From an uncultured bacterium (GTDB lineage Bacteria; Acidobacteriota; Thermoanaerobaculia; Multivoradales; JAHZIX01): DNA of 64,000 nt. How positions within the stretch are numbered: the first letter of the stretch is position 1; each line of letters opens with the position of its first letter. Location of the stretch: assembly GCA_965368975.1 (NCBI GenBank), contig CBDUPA010000002.1, positions 320,001 to 384,000 on the forward strand, read 5' to 3'. The position numbers and the translations under genes are program-made. Positions 54,038 to 64,000 of this stretch are shown piece by piece. The notes under the pieces are model-generated. The model searched no databases, was not told the origin of the DNA, and saw only the letters and a list, made by a program, of their open reading frames with translations.

Positions 54038-56242
54038 TCAGGAGGGTGCCGGCAACTCGAGCGTGAAAACCGTGCCGCTCGGCTTGTTGTCTTCGACGCG
54101 GATGCGGCCGTAGTGGTCGCTGACGGTCCGGTGGACAATCGCCAGCCCGAGGCCGGTGCCACGCCCCTTGGTGGAGAAGTAAGGCAGGAAGAGCTTCTTC
54201 TTGTCCTCCGGCGAGATCCCGCAACCCGTGTCGGCCACGTGGATCTGCAGCACACCGTCGCGCTGTTCGGCACTGACCTCGACGGACCCCGGTGCCTCGG
54301 TGGCTTCCAGGGCGTTGTCCAGCAGGTTGATCAGTGCACCCTTGAGCTGCTCAGGATCGGCCACCGCTTCGCGTGCTTCCGGTTCGAGGCGGCAGCGAAT
54401 CTCGACACCCTCCTTGAGTCCCTCGTACAGGCGCAGGGTCTCTTCCAGCAACTTGGCTAGATCCAGCTTGGTCGGCTGCGGCTGTGGCATGCGGGCAAAG
54501 CGGGAGAATTCATCGACCAACGACTGCATGGTGTCGACTTCGCGTCCGATGATCGCCACCGAGTCTTCGAGCGCTTGGCCGAGATCCTCGTGCCCCTGGC
54601 GGTGCTTGCGGAGCAGACGCTCGGCCGACAGCTTGATCGGCGTGAGCGGATTCTTGATCTCGTGCGCGATGCGTCGCGCAGCCTCACTCCAGGCTGCCAA
54701 CTTCTGCGCCTTGATCAGCTCGGTGAGATCTTCGAGCACGATCACTTGGCCGTTGAAGCGACCGTCGCCATCGAGCATGGGGGTGACGGTCACCTCGAAG
54801 GTCTTCCACTCCCCCTGCAATAGCATCTGGAGCTGACGACTCGTGCCGCGTTCCTGTGGCGTCTCTTCGAGCAATGCCGCCAACTTGCCGCGCTCGGGAT
54901 CAGCCCAGGCCTCAGCGGCCGTGGCACCGCGGATGTCCTTGCGCTGGCGGAGCATGGCGCGGGCGGCACCATTGCTACTGAACACCCGGCCGTCGCGGTC
55001 CAGGGACACGACACCCGCCGGCACGTTCTGCAGTACGGCAGCGATCAGCGCCCGTTCTTCGGCCTGGCGCTGGTTGATCGCGACCAGCTCGCGGTTGCCA
55101 CGTTCCAGCAACTCACGGTTGCGTTCCAGCTCGGCCGCCATACGGTTGAAGGCGTCGACCAGCACTCCCAGCTCGTCATCGGCATCGACCTCGACGCGGT
55201 GCTGTAGATCACCGCTGATGATGCGACGCATCCCGGCGGCCAGCGCCTGAATCGGCACCGTGACGCGGCGCGCCAGGTACAGCCCCACCCACGAGGAGGC
55301 GAAGAGAATGAGCAAGGTCGCCATCAGGAAGAGGAGCAGATGACTGGCCTTGATCTCTTCCTTCTGCACCACGAGCTGTTGGTGGGACTGGTAGGCCGTG
55401 ATCAGTTCCGCGAGTTGGTTGGAGAGGGGGGTGCCGAGAACCGAGGCGACCACCACGATCAACTGCGGTCGCTCGGGGTCGACCTGGCGCGCCTGAGCCG
55501 CCACCATCAAGCGACCCTCGACACCGGTCAGCGCCTGCACGCGGGTCGCTTGACCCTCGCGCATGGTGCGGCGCAGGAAGTTCCACTCCGGCTCGGGCAA
55601 GTCGGCGATGCCGGTCTGCGGACTGACGACGGCGACCAAGAAGTCGGTCCCCTCGTACACCGAGATCATGTCCAAGCCGGCGGTTTCCAGCTGCTGCTGC
55701 AGGCGCTGGTTCACTTCCGAGGAGTTGCGTGCCAGGTCGTCCGTCCCCAGACGCAGCAGGTCGTCCATGACTTGCGACGCCGCACGCAGGTTGTCTGCCT
55801 CGATGCGCCGCAGATAGGTCTCCGCCACGGTGTGTGCCGTCTGCACGACTTGCTGCAGCGGCACGTTGAACCAGCGCTCGATCGAGCCTTCGAGCAGCTG
55901 GTACGCGAAGAAGAACATCAGTACCACGGGCCCCAGCGACAGTCCGATGTAGGTGGCCATCAACTTGGTCTTGAGCTTCGAGCCGAGGATGCGGTGCTTG
56001 CGTTCGACCAGCAACTTAAAAAGATTGCGCAATAGCACAAAGAGAAGCGCCAAGATGAGCACCACGTTGGCGTACCAGAGCGCGAACAACAGCACGCGGT
56101 TCTCGCTCAGGCGCGCTTCTAGCCCGCGACTGCGCAGCAAGAAGACGAAGAGGCCGCTGAAGACGACCAGCAGCAGCGCCAGGGCGCCGACGACCCAGCG
56201 GGCGTCGTTGCTGCGGCGGCGGAATGCCTGTCTCAGTCCCAT
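54038..56242 (-). CDS. NtrY-like sensor histidine kinase (HAMP-PAS-HisKA-HATPase)
   Basis: AWSEAARRIAHEIKNPLTPIKLSAERL, NLLDNA, DTGCGI, GTGLGL; N-terminal TM helices. Confidence 0.9.
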   Translation of the reverse strand: MGLRQAFRRRSNDARWVVGALALLLVVFSGLFVFLLRSRGLEARLSENRVLLFALWYANVVLILALLFVLLRNLFKLLVERKHRILGSKLKTKLMATYIGLSLGPVVLMFFFAYQLLEGSIERWFNVPLQQVVQTAHTVAETYLRRIEADNLRAASQVMDDLLRLGTDDLARNSSEVNQRLQQQLETAGLDMISVYEGTDFLVAVVSPQTGIADLPEPEWNFLRRTMREGQATRVQALTGVEGRLMVAAQARQVDPERPQLIVVVASVLGTPLSNQLAELITAYQSHQQLVVQKEEIKASHLLLFLMATLLILFASSWVGLYLARRVTVPIQALAAGMRRIISGDLQHRVEVDADDELGVLVDAFNRMAAELERNRELLERGNRELVAINQRQAEERALIAAVLQNVPAGVVSLDRDGRVFSSNGAARAMLRQRKDIRGATAAEAWADPERGKLAALLEETPQERGTSRQLQMLLQGEWKTFEVTVTPMLDGDGRFNGQVIVLEDLTELIKAQKLAAWSEAARRIAHEIKNPLTPIKLSAERLLRKHRQGHEDLGQALEDSVAIIGREVDTMQSLVDEFSRFARMPQPQPTKLDLAKLLEETLRLYEGLKEGVEIRCRLEPEAREAVADPEQLKGALINLLDNALEATEAPGSVEVSAEQRDGVLQIHVADTGCGISPEDKKKLFLPYFSTKGRGTGLGLAIVHRTVSDHYGRIRVEDNKPSGTVFTLELPAPS

Positions 56243-56253
56243 AGCGGTTCGGC

Positions 56254-57006
56254 TCAGAAGTTGCGCGCCGTGTTGCCGGATGCAACGTTGCCGGATTCCG
56301 GGCTTCGAGCTGGCGCGGCGACTGAAGTGCTTTCCCAATTCGTGGTCACTCGCACCGGGATCATGGACATCATGGTGCGCGAGCCGACCTCCGCGCGCAC
56401 GCGTACCCTCAGATCATCGTCAGCGGTGGGCAGCTCTTCCTCGGTCAGCTCGAAAGCGGCGAGTTCTTCCACGCGTGTCATCGCCGTACGCAGCTCGTCC
56501 AGGCCCTGGACGACGCGGGTGGCGACCAGCTTTCGATTCAACTTGTAGTGCACGGTGTATTCGAAGGTCAGCGGGTTGTATTGCGCGCTGGTCTCGACCG
56601 TCGTGCTGCGGACACCTCGATCCCAATACCAGCGATTGCGCACTAGCCGTAGCTCGAAGGTGAACCCGGTTGACAGGCCACTCTCGACCCGCTCGCGTAC
56701 CTGCTCGTCGAAGGCGTGTTCGAGACGGAAAGACACGAGAATCCTCGGCCCCTCGAAGGTCGCACGCAGGCCAGCGATGTATGCCTCTGGCTCTTCCTCG
56801 GCCCGCAGGACCGACGGTGCGCACAGCAAAGCCAGGACCAGACTCAGCAGGCCGAACAGACGGTAACGCCTGCTTCCGAAACTTCCGGTGGCAGAACTGC
56901 GGATCACAAGTTGTTTGGCCTCTGAATGGCCGCTGGATCGACCCGGTGTTGGGTCGGGGCAAGAACGGACATGAGTTCGACGTGACACCCGATCTCGACT
57001 GGACAT
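56254..57006 (-). CDS. DUF4390-like exported protein
   Basis: Signal-like LLSLVLALLCAPSVLRA; typical position upstream of NtrY-like kinases; true start probably downstream of 57006. Confidence 0.62.
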   Translation of the reverse strand: MSSRDRVSRRTHVRSCPDPTPGRSSGHSEAKQLVIRSSATGSFGSRRYRLFGLLSLVLALLCAPSVLRAEEEPEAYIAGLRATFEGPRILVSFRLEHAFDEQVRERVESGLSTGFTFELRLVRNRWYWDRGVRSTTVETSAQYNPLTFEYTVHYKLNRKLVATRVVQGLDELRTAMTRVEELAAFELTEEELPTADDDLRVRVRAEVGSRTMMSMIPVRVTTNWESTSVAAPARSPESGNVASGNTARNF

Positions 57007-57154
57007 CCGAATTCACCGCTTTGTGTCGTGTAGACTACAGTTTCCAACCGCCGGGCGCTACTCGACTTCCGGCTGTTCTCTGATCTGGCTTGCCAGCACG
57101 CTTCCGTTCCCGATCCAAGCCGTTCCGTTCACCGCCTCACTCTCAGTAGAACCC

Positions 57155-57628
57155 ATGGCCAAGGCAAAGTCTTCCGAACCGCGGATACTGGCGCGCAACC
57201 GCAAGGCGCTGCACGACTACGAGGTGCTGGAGTCGGTCGAGGCCGGTATCCAACTGACCGGCGCGGAGGTCAAGTCCGCGCGGCAGGGACGCGTGCAGCT
57301 CAAAGAGAGCCATGTCGAGATCATCGACGGCCAAGCCTACCTGATCGGGGCTCACATCAGTCCGTACAGCCACAGTACCCACGACCTGCCGCAGGCGGAG
57401 CGACGCCGGAAGCTACTACTGCACCGCCGTCAAATCGACAAGTTCTTCGGTCGCTCGCTGCAGAAGGGCCTGACCGTCGTGCCGCTGTCCATGTACCTCA
57501 AGGGTCCCTGGATCAAGCTCGATATCGCCCTGGTGCAGGGCAAGAAGCTGTACGACAAACGGCAGGCCGAGAGACGCAAGACCCTCGACGCTGAGGCGCG
57601 CGAGGCGATCAAGCAACAGCGCTGGTGA
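57155..57628 (+). CDS. smpB: SsrA-binding protein
   Basis: NRKALHDY, EAGIQLTGAEVKS, RRRKLLLH, GKKLYDKR. Confidence 0.95.
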   Translation: MAKAKSSEPRILARNRKALHDYEVLESVEAGIQLTGAEVKSARQGRVQLKESHVEIIDGQAYLIGAHISPYSHSTHDLPQAERRRKLLLHRRQIDKFFGRSLQKGLTVVPLSMYLKGPWIKLDIALVQGKKLYDKRQAERRKTLDAEAREAIKQQRW

Positions 57629-57638
57629 GCGCTGCCGG

Positions 57639-57965
57639 TCAGGCGCGTGCCGGGACCCGAATCCGCTGCTGTTCGGGCTCCGCGTGCGGACGGTAGAAGA
57701 TGGCGTTGTGACCAACGACGCCGACCAGCGCACTACTGGAACGCTCCGCGATCTCGGCCGCCAACTGTTTGCGCTCGTCCTTGAACTCGACGAAGCGCAC
57801 CTTGATCAGCTCGTGGCTCTCCAGCGCCTCGACCACGTTGCGCAGTAGGGAATCGGTGATTCCGCTCTTGCCCAAGTGCACCACCGGCTTGACGGCATGA
57901 GCGATGCCGCGCAGGTACTTGCGCTGGAAGCCCTGCAACTCGGGCGCGGTGATCCCGGCTGTCAT
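57639..57965 (-). CDS. yhbY: YhbY/CRM-domain RNA-binding protein
   Basis: QRKYLRGIAHAVKPVVHLGKSG, HELIKV, GHNAIFYR. Confidence 0.9.
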   Translation of the reverse strand: MTAGITAPELQGFQRKYLRGIAHAVKPVVHLGKSGITDSLLRNVVEALESHELIKVRFVEFKDERKQLAAEIAERSSSALVGVVGHNAIFYRPHAEPEQQRIRVPARA

Positions 57966-60418
57966 CAGGCTTGCCCCTGCGGGCGGAAGAACAGTGGGAA
58001 ACGGCCAGGGGCAGTCTCGTGCATCATTTCGTAGACCACCTCGAAGATTGTCTGAACGTTGGGTTTGGCGTAGTAGTCGCCGTCGGAACCGTAGGGCGGA
58101 CGGTGCTGTGCCGCTGGTAGGGTGCGCGGCTCCGAGTCGAGCCAGTGGAAGCCCCCCTGCGTCTCGACGACATGGCGCATCATGTAGGCGGTGGCGCCAC
58201 CCGGTACGTCCTCGTCGACGAAGAGGACGCGGTTGGTCTTCTTGACCGAGTCGAGGATGCTGGCGTGGCGGTCGAAGGGCAGCAGCGTCTGGATATCGAT
58301 GATTTCGACCTCGATACCGAGTTCGCTGAGCGTGTCGGCAGCAGCCAGGGCGATGCGGCAGCAGGCACCGTAGGTGACGAGAGTGACGTCCGTGCCTGTC
58401 CGCAGGACCTCCGGAATGCCCAGTGGTACGGTGAAGTCTGCGACGTTCTCAGGCAGCGCTTCTTTCAGACGGTAGCCGTTGAGCACCTCGACGACCAGCG
58501 CGGGATCATCACCGCGCAGCAGCGTGTTGTACATGCCAGCCGCCTGCGTCATGTCGCGCGGCACACAGATCCACATGCCCCGCAGTAAGTTGACCACCGC
58601 GCCCATCGGCGAGCCGGAGTGCCAGACTCCCTCGAGCCGGTGGCCTCGAGTGCGCACGATCATCGGCGCCTTTTGACCGCCGCGCGTCCGGAACTGCACG
58701 GTGGCGGTGTCGTCCGACAGAATCTGGAGGCCGTAGAGCAGGTAGTCGAGGTATTGGATCTCTGCGAGCGGGCGCAAGCCGCGCATAGCCATGCCGATCG
58801 CCTGCCCCATGATCGTCGCTTCACGGATGCCGGTGTCGGTCACCCGCAGCTCGCCGAACATGTCCTGCAGGCCGGTCATACCCTTGTTGACGTCACCCAG
58901 CTTGCCGACGTCCTCACCGAAGGCAATCAACTCCGGCATGCGTTCCATGTTGGCCTTGAAACAGGCATTGACCACGTCGGACCCCGGCACCATTTTCGGC
59001 TTCTCTGGATACGTCGCCGGGATCGCCTCTACGTGCAGCGGGCTATGCCGTGATTCACTGTAGAGGAGCGTGCCGTAGTGGTCGCGGGTCTGACGGTCGT
59101 GAGCGTCCAACCAGCTCACCAACGCACTACGTTCCGGCGTCGGCTCCTCGCGAACGGCCAACAGGAGTTCGTGGCCGGCGATCGCCATGTCGCGACGTAG
59201 CGGCGTCTTGAGACGAGACAGCTTCTGGACCACCTTGTCGACTTCGTCGCTACGCTGCGGCGATGTCCCGACGATCGCGTCCACATGGTGCTGGAACTGC
59301 GCCAACTCTTCCAGGATCGGCGCCTGATAGGCGGCCCATGCACCGTCACGAGCCTGCTGGACACGCAGCTTGGCCGCTTTCTCGATGCGCTGCAGCTCGG
59401 ACTCGTCCGCATAGCCGCTATCGAGCAGCCACTGGCGCATGTGAAGCAGGCAGTCGTTCTCTTTCTCCCACTTCAGACGCTCCGGCGTCTTGTACCGCTC
59501 GTGGCTGCCGGACGTCGAGTGGCCGAGCGGCTGCGTCAGTTCGATAGCGTGGACGACCACGGGCACGTGGTCGCGGCGGGCGATTTGCTCCGCGCGCGCA
59601 TAGGTCCGGCGCAGCTCCGGGTAGTTCCAGCCTGGCACCGTCATCAGCTCGATGCCCGTGTCGCCAGGGCCACTGCGCTGGAAACCGGACAGCAGCTTGC
59701 TGAGATCGTCGCGGGCGATCTGGACGTGGTTGGGCACCGAGATGCCGTAGGCGTCGTCCCAGATCGACATCAGCATCGGCGCCTGCAGGACACCGATTGC
59801 GTTCATGGCTTCCCAGAACATTCCTTCCGCGCAGCTGGCATTACCAATCGTGCCCCAGGCTACCTCGTCACCGTTGTGCGAGAAGGTTGTCAGGCCCTGC
59901 AGTCCGTCGAGCTGACGGTACAGCTTCGACGCATAGGCCAGTCCCACCAGGCGCGGCATCTGCGAGCCCGTGGGAGAGACGTCGGCGGAGCAGTTCGGCT
60001 GCGCAAGCATCGGGATCCAGTCGCCGTTCTCATCGAGGGTGCGCGTGGCAAAGTGACCGTTCATACAGCGACCGCCGGACGCGGGCTCGTGCTCGATGCT
60101 GGTATGCGCGTACAGCTGTGCCATGTAGTGCTCAATGGTCAGCATGCCGGAGGCGAGCATGAAGGTTTGATCCCGGTAGTATCCCGAACGGAAGTCTCCG
60201 TTACGGAAGTAGCGCGCCATCGCCACCTGCGGGACCTCCTTACCGTCGCCGAAGATGCCGAACTTGGCCTTGCCGGAAAAGACCTCGTTCCAACTCAGCT
60301 GACTCAGCTCACGGCTCTCTACGGCGACGCGATAGTCGTCCAGAACCTCTTCGCGCTCGAATTCGATTGCTCGGTTCTCGGGTTCAACCTTCGGGGTCTC
60401 GACAATAGCCAGATCCAT
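57965..60418 (-). CDS. Fused 2-oxoacid dehydrogenase E1 alpha/beta (second, divergent type)
   Basis: GKAKFGIFGDGKE, GHSTSGSHERYK, FGEDVG, EIQYLDY, RGHRLEGVWHSGSP. Confidence 0.88.
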   Translation of the reverse strand: MDLAIVETPKVEPENRAIEFEREEVLDDYRVAVESRELSQLSWNEVFSGKAKFGIFGDGKEVPQVAMARYFRNGDFRSGYYRDQTFMLASGMLTIEHYMAQLYAHTSIEHEPASGGRCMNGHFATRTLDENGDWIPMLAQPNCSADVSPTGSQMPRLVGLAYASKLYRQLDGLQGLTTFSHNGDEVAWGTIGNASCAEGMFWEAMNAIGVLQAPMLMSIWDDAYGISVPNHVQIARDDLSKLLSGFQRSGPGDTGIELMTVPGWNYPELRRTYARAEQIARRDHVPVVVHAIELTQPLGHSTSGSHERYKTPERLKWEKENDCLLHMRQWLLDSGYADESELQRIEKAAKLRVQQARDGAWAAYQAPILEELAQFQHHVDAIVGTSPQRSDEVDKVVQKLSRLKTPLRRDMAIAGHELLLAVREEPTPERSALVSWLDAHDRQTRDHYGTLLYSESRHSPLHVEAIPATYPEKPKMVPGSDVVNACFKANMERMPELIAFGEDVGKLGDVNKGMTGLQDMFGELRVTDTGIREATIMGQAIGMAMRGLRPLAEIQYLDYLLYGLQILSDDTATVQFRTRGGQKAPMIVRTRGHRLEGVWHSGSPMGAVVNLLRGMWICVPRDMTQAAGMYNTLLRGDDPALVVEVLNGYRLKEALPENVADFTVPLGIPEVLRTGTDVTLVTYGACCRIALAAADTLSELGIEVEIIDIQTLLPFDRHASILDSVKKTNRVLFVDEDVPGGATAYMMRHVVETQGGFHWLDSEPRTLPAAQHRPPYGSDGDYYAKPNVQTIFEVVYEMMHETAPGRFPLFFRPQGQA

Positions 60419-60527
60419 CAGTAGTTCCTCAGTTTGGTGGCGTTGGGAGTCAGGCGGTGCAGGAGGGTAGCGAGCGCACCAAGTCCTGAATGGTAGCACA
60501 GCCTCCTGCAGTGATACCTTCGACGAT

Positions 60528-63500
60528 ATGGGTGAAGTGGAGCCGACTGGTCCAGTAGATCAGCAGGCGGATGGAGAGCTGCGGGAACGAGATCGGGAAG
60601 CACGCCGGCTGGCACAGGTGCAATTTGACCGTCCGCTTGCGCTCGAGGCTGGAGCCGGCACCGGCAAGACGACCACGCTCGTCGCACGCATCCTGGCCTG
60701 GAGTCTGCACCAAGGCTGGGCGCGCGCGCAGGCGCGGGTGCAGACCCGTTTGGCAGGAGTGTCGGGCAAGTCCGGTGGGATCGTCGACCTGGACGAGCGA
60801 GTCGCCGCCGATGTGCTGTCGCGCGTTGTTGCCATCACCTTCACGGAAGCTGCCGCGGCGGAAATGGCAAGCCGCGTCGCCGGGGCATTGGCACTCCTGG
60901 CCAAAGGCGAGATGCCCGGCTGGCTGCTGCCCGAGGCTGTGCCGGAATCCCACCTGGTACAACGCCGTGCACGCGCCCTGGCAGCAACGCTCGACCACTT
61001 CTCCGCCCGGACGATCCATGCCTACTGTCGCAGCTTGCTCAACCAGCATGCCCTGGCGGCCGGACTGCATCCACGGCTGGTGGTCGATGCCGAAGGCGAG
61101 CTTACCGATGAGATCGTTCGCGAGATCGTCGAGGAAGAACTGCAAGAAGCCTACGGTGGCCTCGGCGACGAGGTCTATCTACCATTGGCTGCCGATGGCG
61201 TGGGCCCGCGAGAGATAGCCGAATCCCTGTGCCAGCTGGTGCAGGCAGGAGCAGCTGCCACTTTGCTGGCGGAGCCGATCCACCGGTCCACGGGTTGGGC
61301 GACCCTCGCGCAGCGGCTGCACAGCAAATTGGAGGCCCTGGGCAGCTTGGGCGCCGCGTTGGAGGGTTTGCCGGTACACCACCGGCGTGGCCGTGCGGTT
61401 CTGGCCGCAACCTGGCGTAGCCTGTCAACGTTGCAACCGCTTCTCGTCCGTGCCGTCAGTGCGGCTGGTGTTGGCCAGGTGAAGCCCCTTCAGGCCGTCG
61501 CGAATGAGGCAGTCGGGGATGAGGCAATCGGGGCGGATATCTTGGGGCCTGTTCTGAGCGACCTGCGTGCTCTGTGGTCGGCACCGCTGGAGCGGCTGGC
61601 AGCCTGGGCCCGCGGTGACTTCACCAAGACGGAAGGGCACCTGCTGGGACCGCGTCGGGCTCCGCGCGTTCGAGCGCTGTGCAGCCAGCTGTACCCACTA
61701 CTGCAACATACGCTCGAGCTGAGGCCGCGACGACTGGAGCTTCGGCGTAGGGCCCTGGCACCGCTGTATCGCCAGGTGCGCGAGGAGCTTCGGCGGCGGG
61801 GGGTGTTGACGTTCGAGGATCTTCTGAGCGAGACCCGCAGCTTGCTGACCGCGCGGCCCGAGGTCGTCGAGGAGGTTCGTTCACAGGTGGAGCAGCTGCT
61901 GGTCGACGAGTTCCAGGACACCGACCACTTGCAGTGCGAGATCGTCGAGCAGCTGGCCCTCAGCACCTCCCACGCAGGACCAAGGCCGGGCTTGTTCGTG
62001 GTCGGGGATCCCAAGCAGTCGATCTTCGGCTGGCGCAGCGCGGACCTGCGGGCGTACCACGGCTTCCTGGGGCGTCTAGAGACACGGGAGGGCTCGGTGC
62101 ACACACTGAGCGAGAACTACCGCTCGATTCCCGCGATTCTGGACCACGTACAGCGGCTGGTAGCTCCAGTCATGCACGAGGAGCAGGGTCTGCAGCCGCG
62201 CTTCGTTCCACTCCTGCCGTCACCAGAGCGGGTCGCCGCCGCAGAAGTTGCAGCTCCCGACCTCGACGGACCGGCGCTCGAACACTGGATCTCGTGGTCG
62301 GCCGAGGGACCGGCCACGCGCGTGCGGGACGCTGCGGAACTGGAAGCTGGCGCACTGGCGCGCGACCTGCGGCGACTGCACCGCGCTGGCATCGCCTGGA
62401 AACGGATCGGAGTGCTCTTTCGCAGCGCCAACGACATCGGGCCATACCTGGAGGCGCTGCGCGCTGCGGACATTCCCTTCCTCGTTGCCCGGGATCCGCA
62501 GTATTACCGGCGACGCGAGATCATCGAGCTCGCTGCCTTGATTCGCACGATCCTCGATCCCACGGACCACCTGGCACTGCTCACCTCGTTGCGGTCGATC
62601 TACATCGGAGTGCCCGACGCCGCACTCCTGCCCCTGTGGCGTGCCGGGCTGCCTCTTCGCTTCGCGACCTTGGGCTACACCTCCCAGGATCTCGATTCCT
62701 GGCTGGCTGACGTGTTGCCGCGGGTACCGAGCGATGTGCCTGGTCTCGAGCGGTTGCCATCATGGCCTGGAGGGCTGCGGGCAGCGGCGCGGCACGTCGC
62801 GGAGCTACGGCGCTGCTACCGGGCCGAGTCCGCCGAGCTGTTCGTGGAACGTCTGCGTCACCGCTTCGCTCAGGAGGTTCTCGAGAGCGGGCGCTATCTC
62901 GGTAGCTTCCGGCTGGCCAACCTTGATCGCCTCTTGCGGCGCCTGCGCGGATGGTTCGAGGACGGAGCCGATGCCTCTGTGCTCTTGCGGCGGCTGCGGC
63001 GCAACCTGGCAGAGGCGGGCGACGCTCACAGCGAGCGACCCCCGGATGGTGACGAAGACGCCGTTCGCCTGCTGACCATCCACCGCGCCAAGGGTCTGGA
63101 CTTTCGCCATGTCTACGTCCTGCAGCTGCACAAGCGGACCTCAGACCAGCCTCGCCAGGCCACCGAGGTTGCAACGGTGCGGGCAACCGACGGCTCGCCG
63201 GCCAGAGATGAGTTCCGCCTGCTGGGACTCGCGTCTCCCGGCTTTGACTTGGTACGGAGCGAACGGCAGGCTGTAGCCGGGGCGGAACGCGTGCGGCTGC
63301 TGTACGTCGCCGTGACGCGTGCACGGAGACGGTTGGTGCTCGCTGGTATCTGGCCACCGCGAGCGCGGGACGCTACACCAGCTGACAGTCTGGCCGCGTT
63401 GGTCGCGCGAGGCGTCCGTGCCTACCGCATTGGAGGACCAGGTGCGAAAGCCCCTAGCGACAGCCCGAGACCGGGCCTGGCTAGCGTCAGTCGCTACCTT

Positions 63501-64000
63501 GCCGCCTGTGAGGAGAGCGGGCTCCCCTTCCTGGACCGCTCCGGCGCCCGCTGGTTCTTCCCGGCTCTGGCAACCACGGGCGACCGGCCGCCGGTCGCGG
63601 CGCCGGTAGGTCCGCAGCTCGACCGCCTCCTGGACCAAGCTGCACAACTACGAGAGCTTCGCCACGGCGCGACAAGCCGCATGCAACAGCCGCGACGCAG
63701 GGCTGCCTCAGAAGAGGCGCATTCCGAGTTACTGGAGGAGTTACTTGCGGGACGTAACAGCGAGGCCTGGGACGAGTGGGAGGGAAAGGCCCCACCAAAG
63801 GCGCACATCCCGCGGCTTGAACGGCGGCTGGCGCAGGCTGTGGGTACGGCCGTGCACCGTGCCCTGGAGATGATCGACTTTCAGCTGGAGCCCGCAGTCG
63901 CCATCGCTCAGCAGGTCGCTCTCCTGCCCGGCCGGCTGCGCGACGTGCTACCCGGCGCTCACCTGGCTCGCGCACTGTCGGAGAGTCAGCGGCTGTTGGA
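60528..64000 (+). CDS. UvrD/AddA-like helicase-nuclease (partial, runs off window; absent from ORF track)
   Basis: Manual translation: EAGAGTGKTT, AITFTEAAA, LLVDEFQDTD, VGDPKQSIF, ENYRS, TIHRAKGLDF, LLYVAVTRAR. Confidence 0.88.
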   Translation, partial: MGEVEPTGPVDQQADGELRERDREARRLAQVQFDRPLALEAGAGTGKTTTLVARILAWSLHQGWARAQARVQTRLAGVSGKSGGIVDLDERVAADVLSRVVAITFTEAAAAEMASRVAGALALLAKGEMPGWLLPEAVPESHLVQRRARALAATLDHFSARTIHAYCRSLLNQHALAAGLHPRLVVDAEGELTDEIVREIVEEELQEAYGGLGDEVYLPLAADGVGPREIAESLCQLVQAGAAATLLAEPIHRSTGWATLAQRLHSKLEALGSLGAALEGLPVHHRRGRAVLAATWRSLSTLQPLLVRAVSAAGVGQVKPLQAVANEAVGDEAIGADILGPVLSDLRALWSAPLERLAAWARGDFTKTEGHLLGPRRAPRVRALCSQLYPLLQHTLELRPRRLELRRRALAPLYRQVREELRRRGVLTFEDLLSETRSLLTARPEVVEEVRSQVEQLLVDEFQDTDHLQCEIVEQLALSTSHAGPRPGLFVVGDPKQSIFGWRSADLRAYHGFLGRLETREGSVHTLSENYRSIPAILDHVQRLVAPVMHEEQGLQPRFVPLLPSPERVAAAEVAAPDLDGPALEHWISWSAEGPATRVRDAAELEAGALARDLRRLHRAGIAWKRIGVLFRSANDIGPYLEALRAADIPFLVARDPQYYRRREIIELAALIRTILDPTDHLALLTSLRSIYIGVPDAALLPLWRAGLPLRFATLGYTSQDLDSWLADVLPRVPSDVPGLERLPSWPGGLRAAARHVAELRRCYRAESAELFVERLRHRFAQEVLESGRYLGSFRLANLDRLLRRLRGWFEDGADASVLLRRLRRNLAEAGDAHSERPPDGDEDAVRLLTIHRAKGLDFRHVYVLQLHKRTSDQPRQATEVATVRATDGSPARDEFRLLGLASPGFDLVRSERQAVAGAERVRLLYVAVTRARRRLVLAGIWPPRARDATPADSLAALVARGVRAYRIGGPGAKAPSDSPRPGLASVSRYLAACEESGLPFLDRSGARWFFPALATTGDRPPVAAPVGPQLDRLLDQAAQLRELRHGATSRMQQPRRRAASEEAHSELLEELLAGRNSEAWDEWEGKAPPKAHIPRLERRLAQAVGTAVHRALEMIDFQLEPAVAIAQQVALLPGRLRDVLPGAHLARALSESQRLL

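Noticed and set aside
57023-57700. tmRNA (ssrA) next to smpB
   Set aside because: smpB is followed within 11 nt by convergent yhbY, and no tRNA-like ends are visible upstream

Overview
High-GC Gram-negative bacterial chromosome segment, probably Acidobacteriota (inferred from an Acidobacterial-type VWA protein and overall gene content). The backbone is housekeeping: heptose/LPS genes, an ECF sigma/anti-sigma pair, peptidases, TRAP permeases, an ABC1/UbiB kinase, a DtxR regulator, xth, two fused 2-oxoacid dehydrogenase E1 genes, an NtrY-like kinase, smpB, yhbY and a partial AddA-like helicase. Three accessory regions stand out. (1) 23.7-30.3 kb: two convergent signalling/NLR-like genes (SEFIR-kinase-FGE and metallophosphoesterase-NACHT-FGE) whose last 132 nt differ only at codon positions 1 and 2, the signature of diversity-generating retroelement (DGR) variable regions. 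They flank a collapsed cassette (HTH N-terminus joined to an RT C-terminal remnant) carrying six TGTYRACA boxes. (2) 11-19 kb: two lower-GC modules, each a small exported Cys peptide ending GTINPxxLxCSGAPTNC followed by a paralogous ~400-aa exported beta-rich protein, separated by a YfcC transporter and an apparently complete group II intron. (3) 43-52 kb: an ArsA/Get3-HSP20 ATPase, small protein, patatin, single-module PKS and docking-domain-bearing luciferase-like monooxygenase. No rRNA, tRNA or CRISPR array was seen. All calls come from manual motif reading; no database searches were run.
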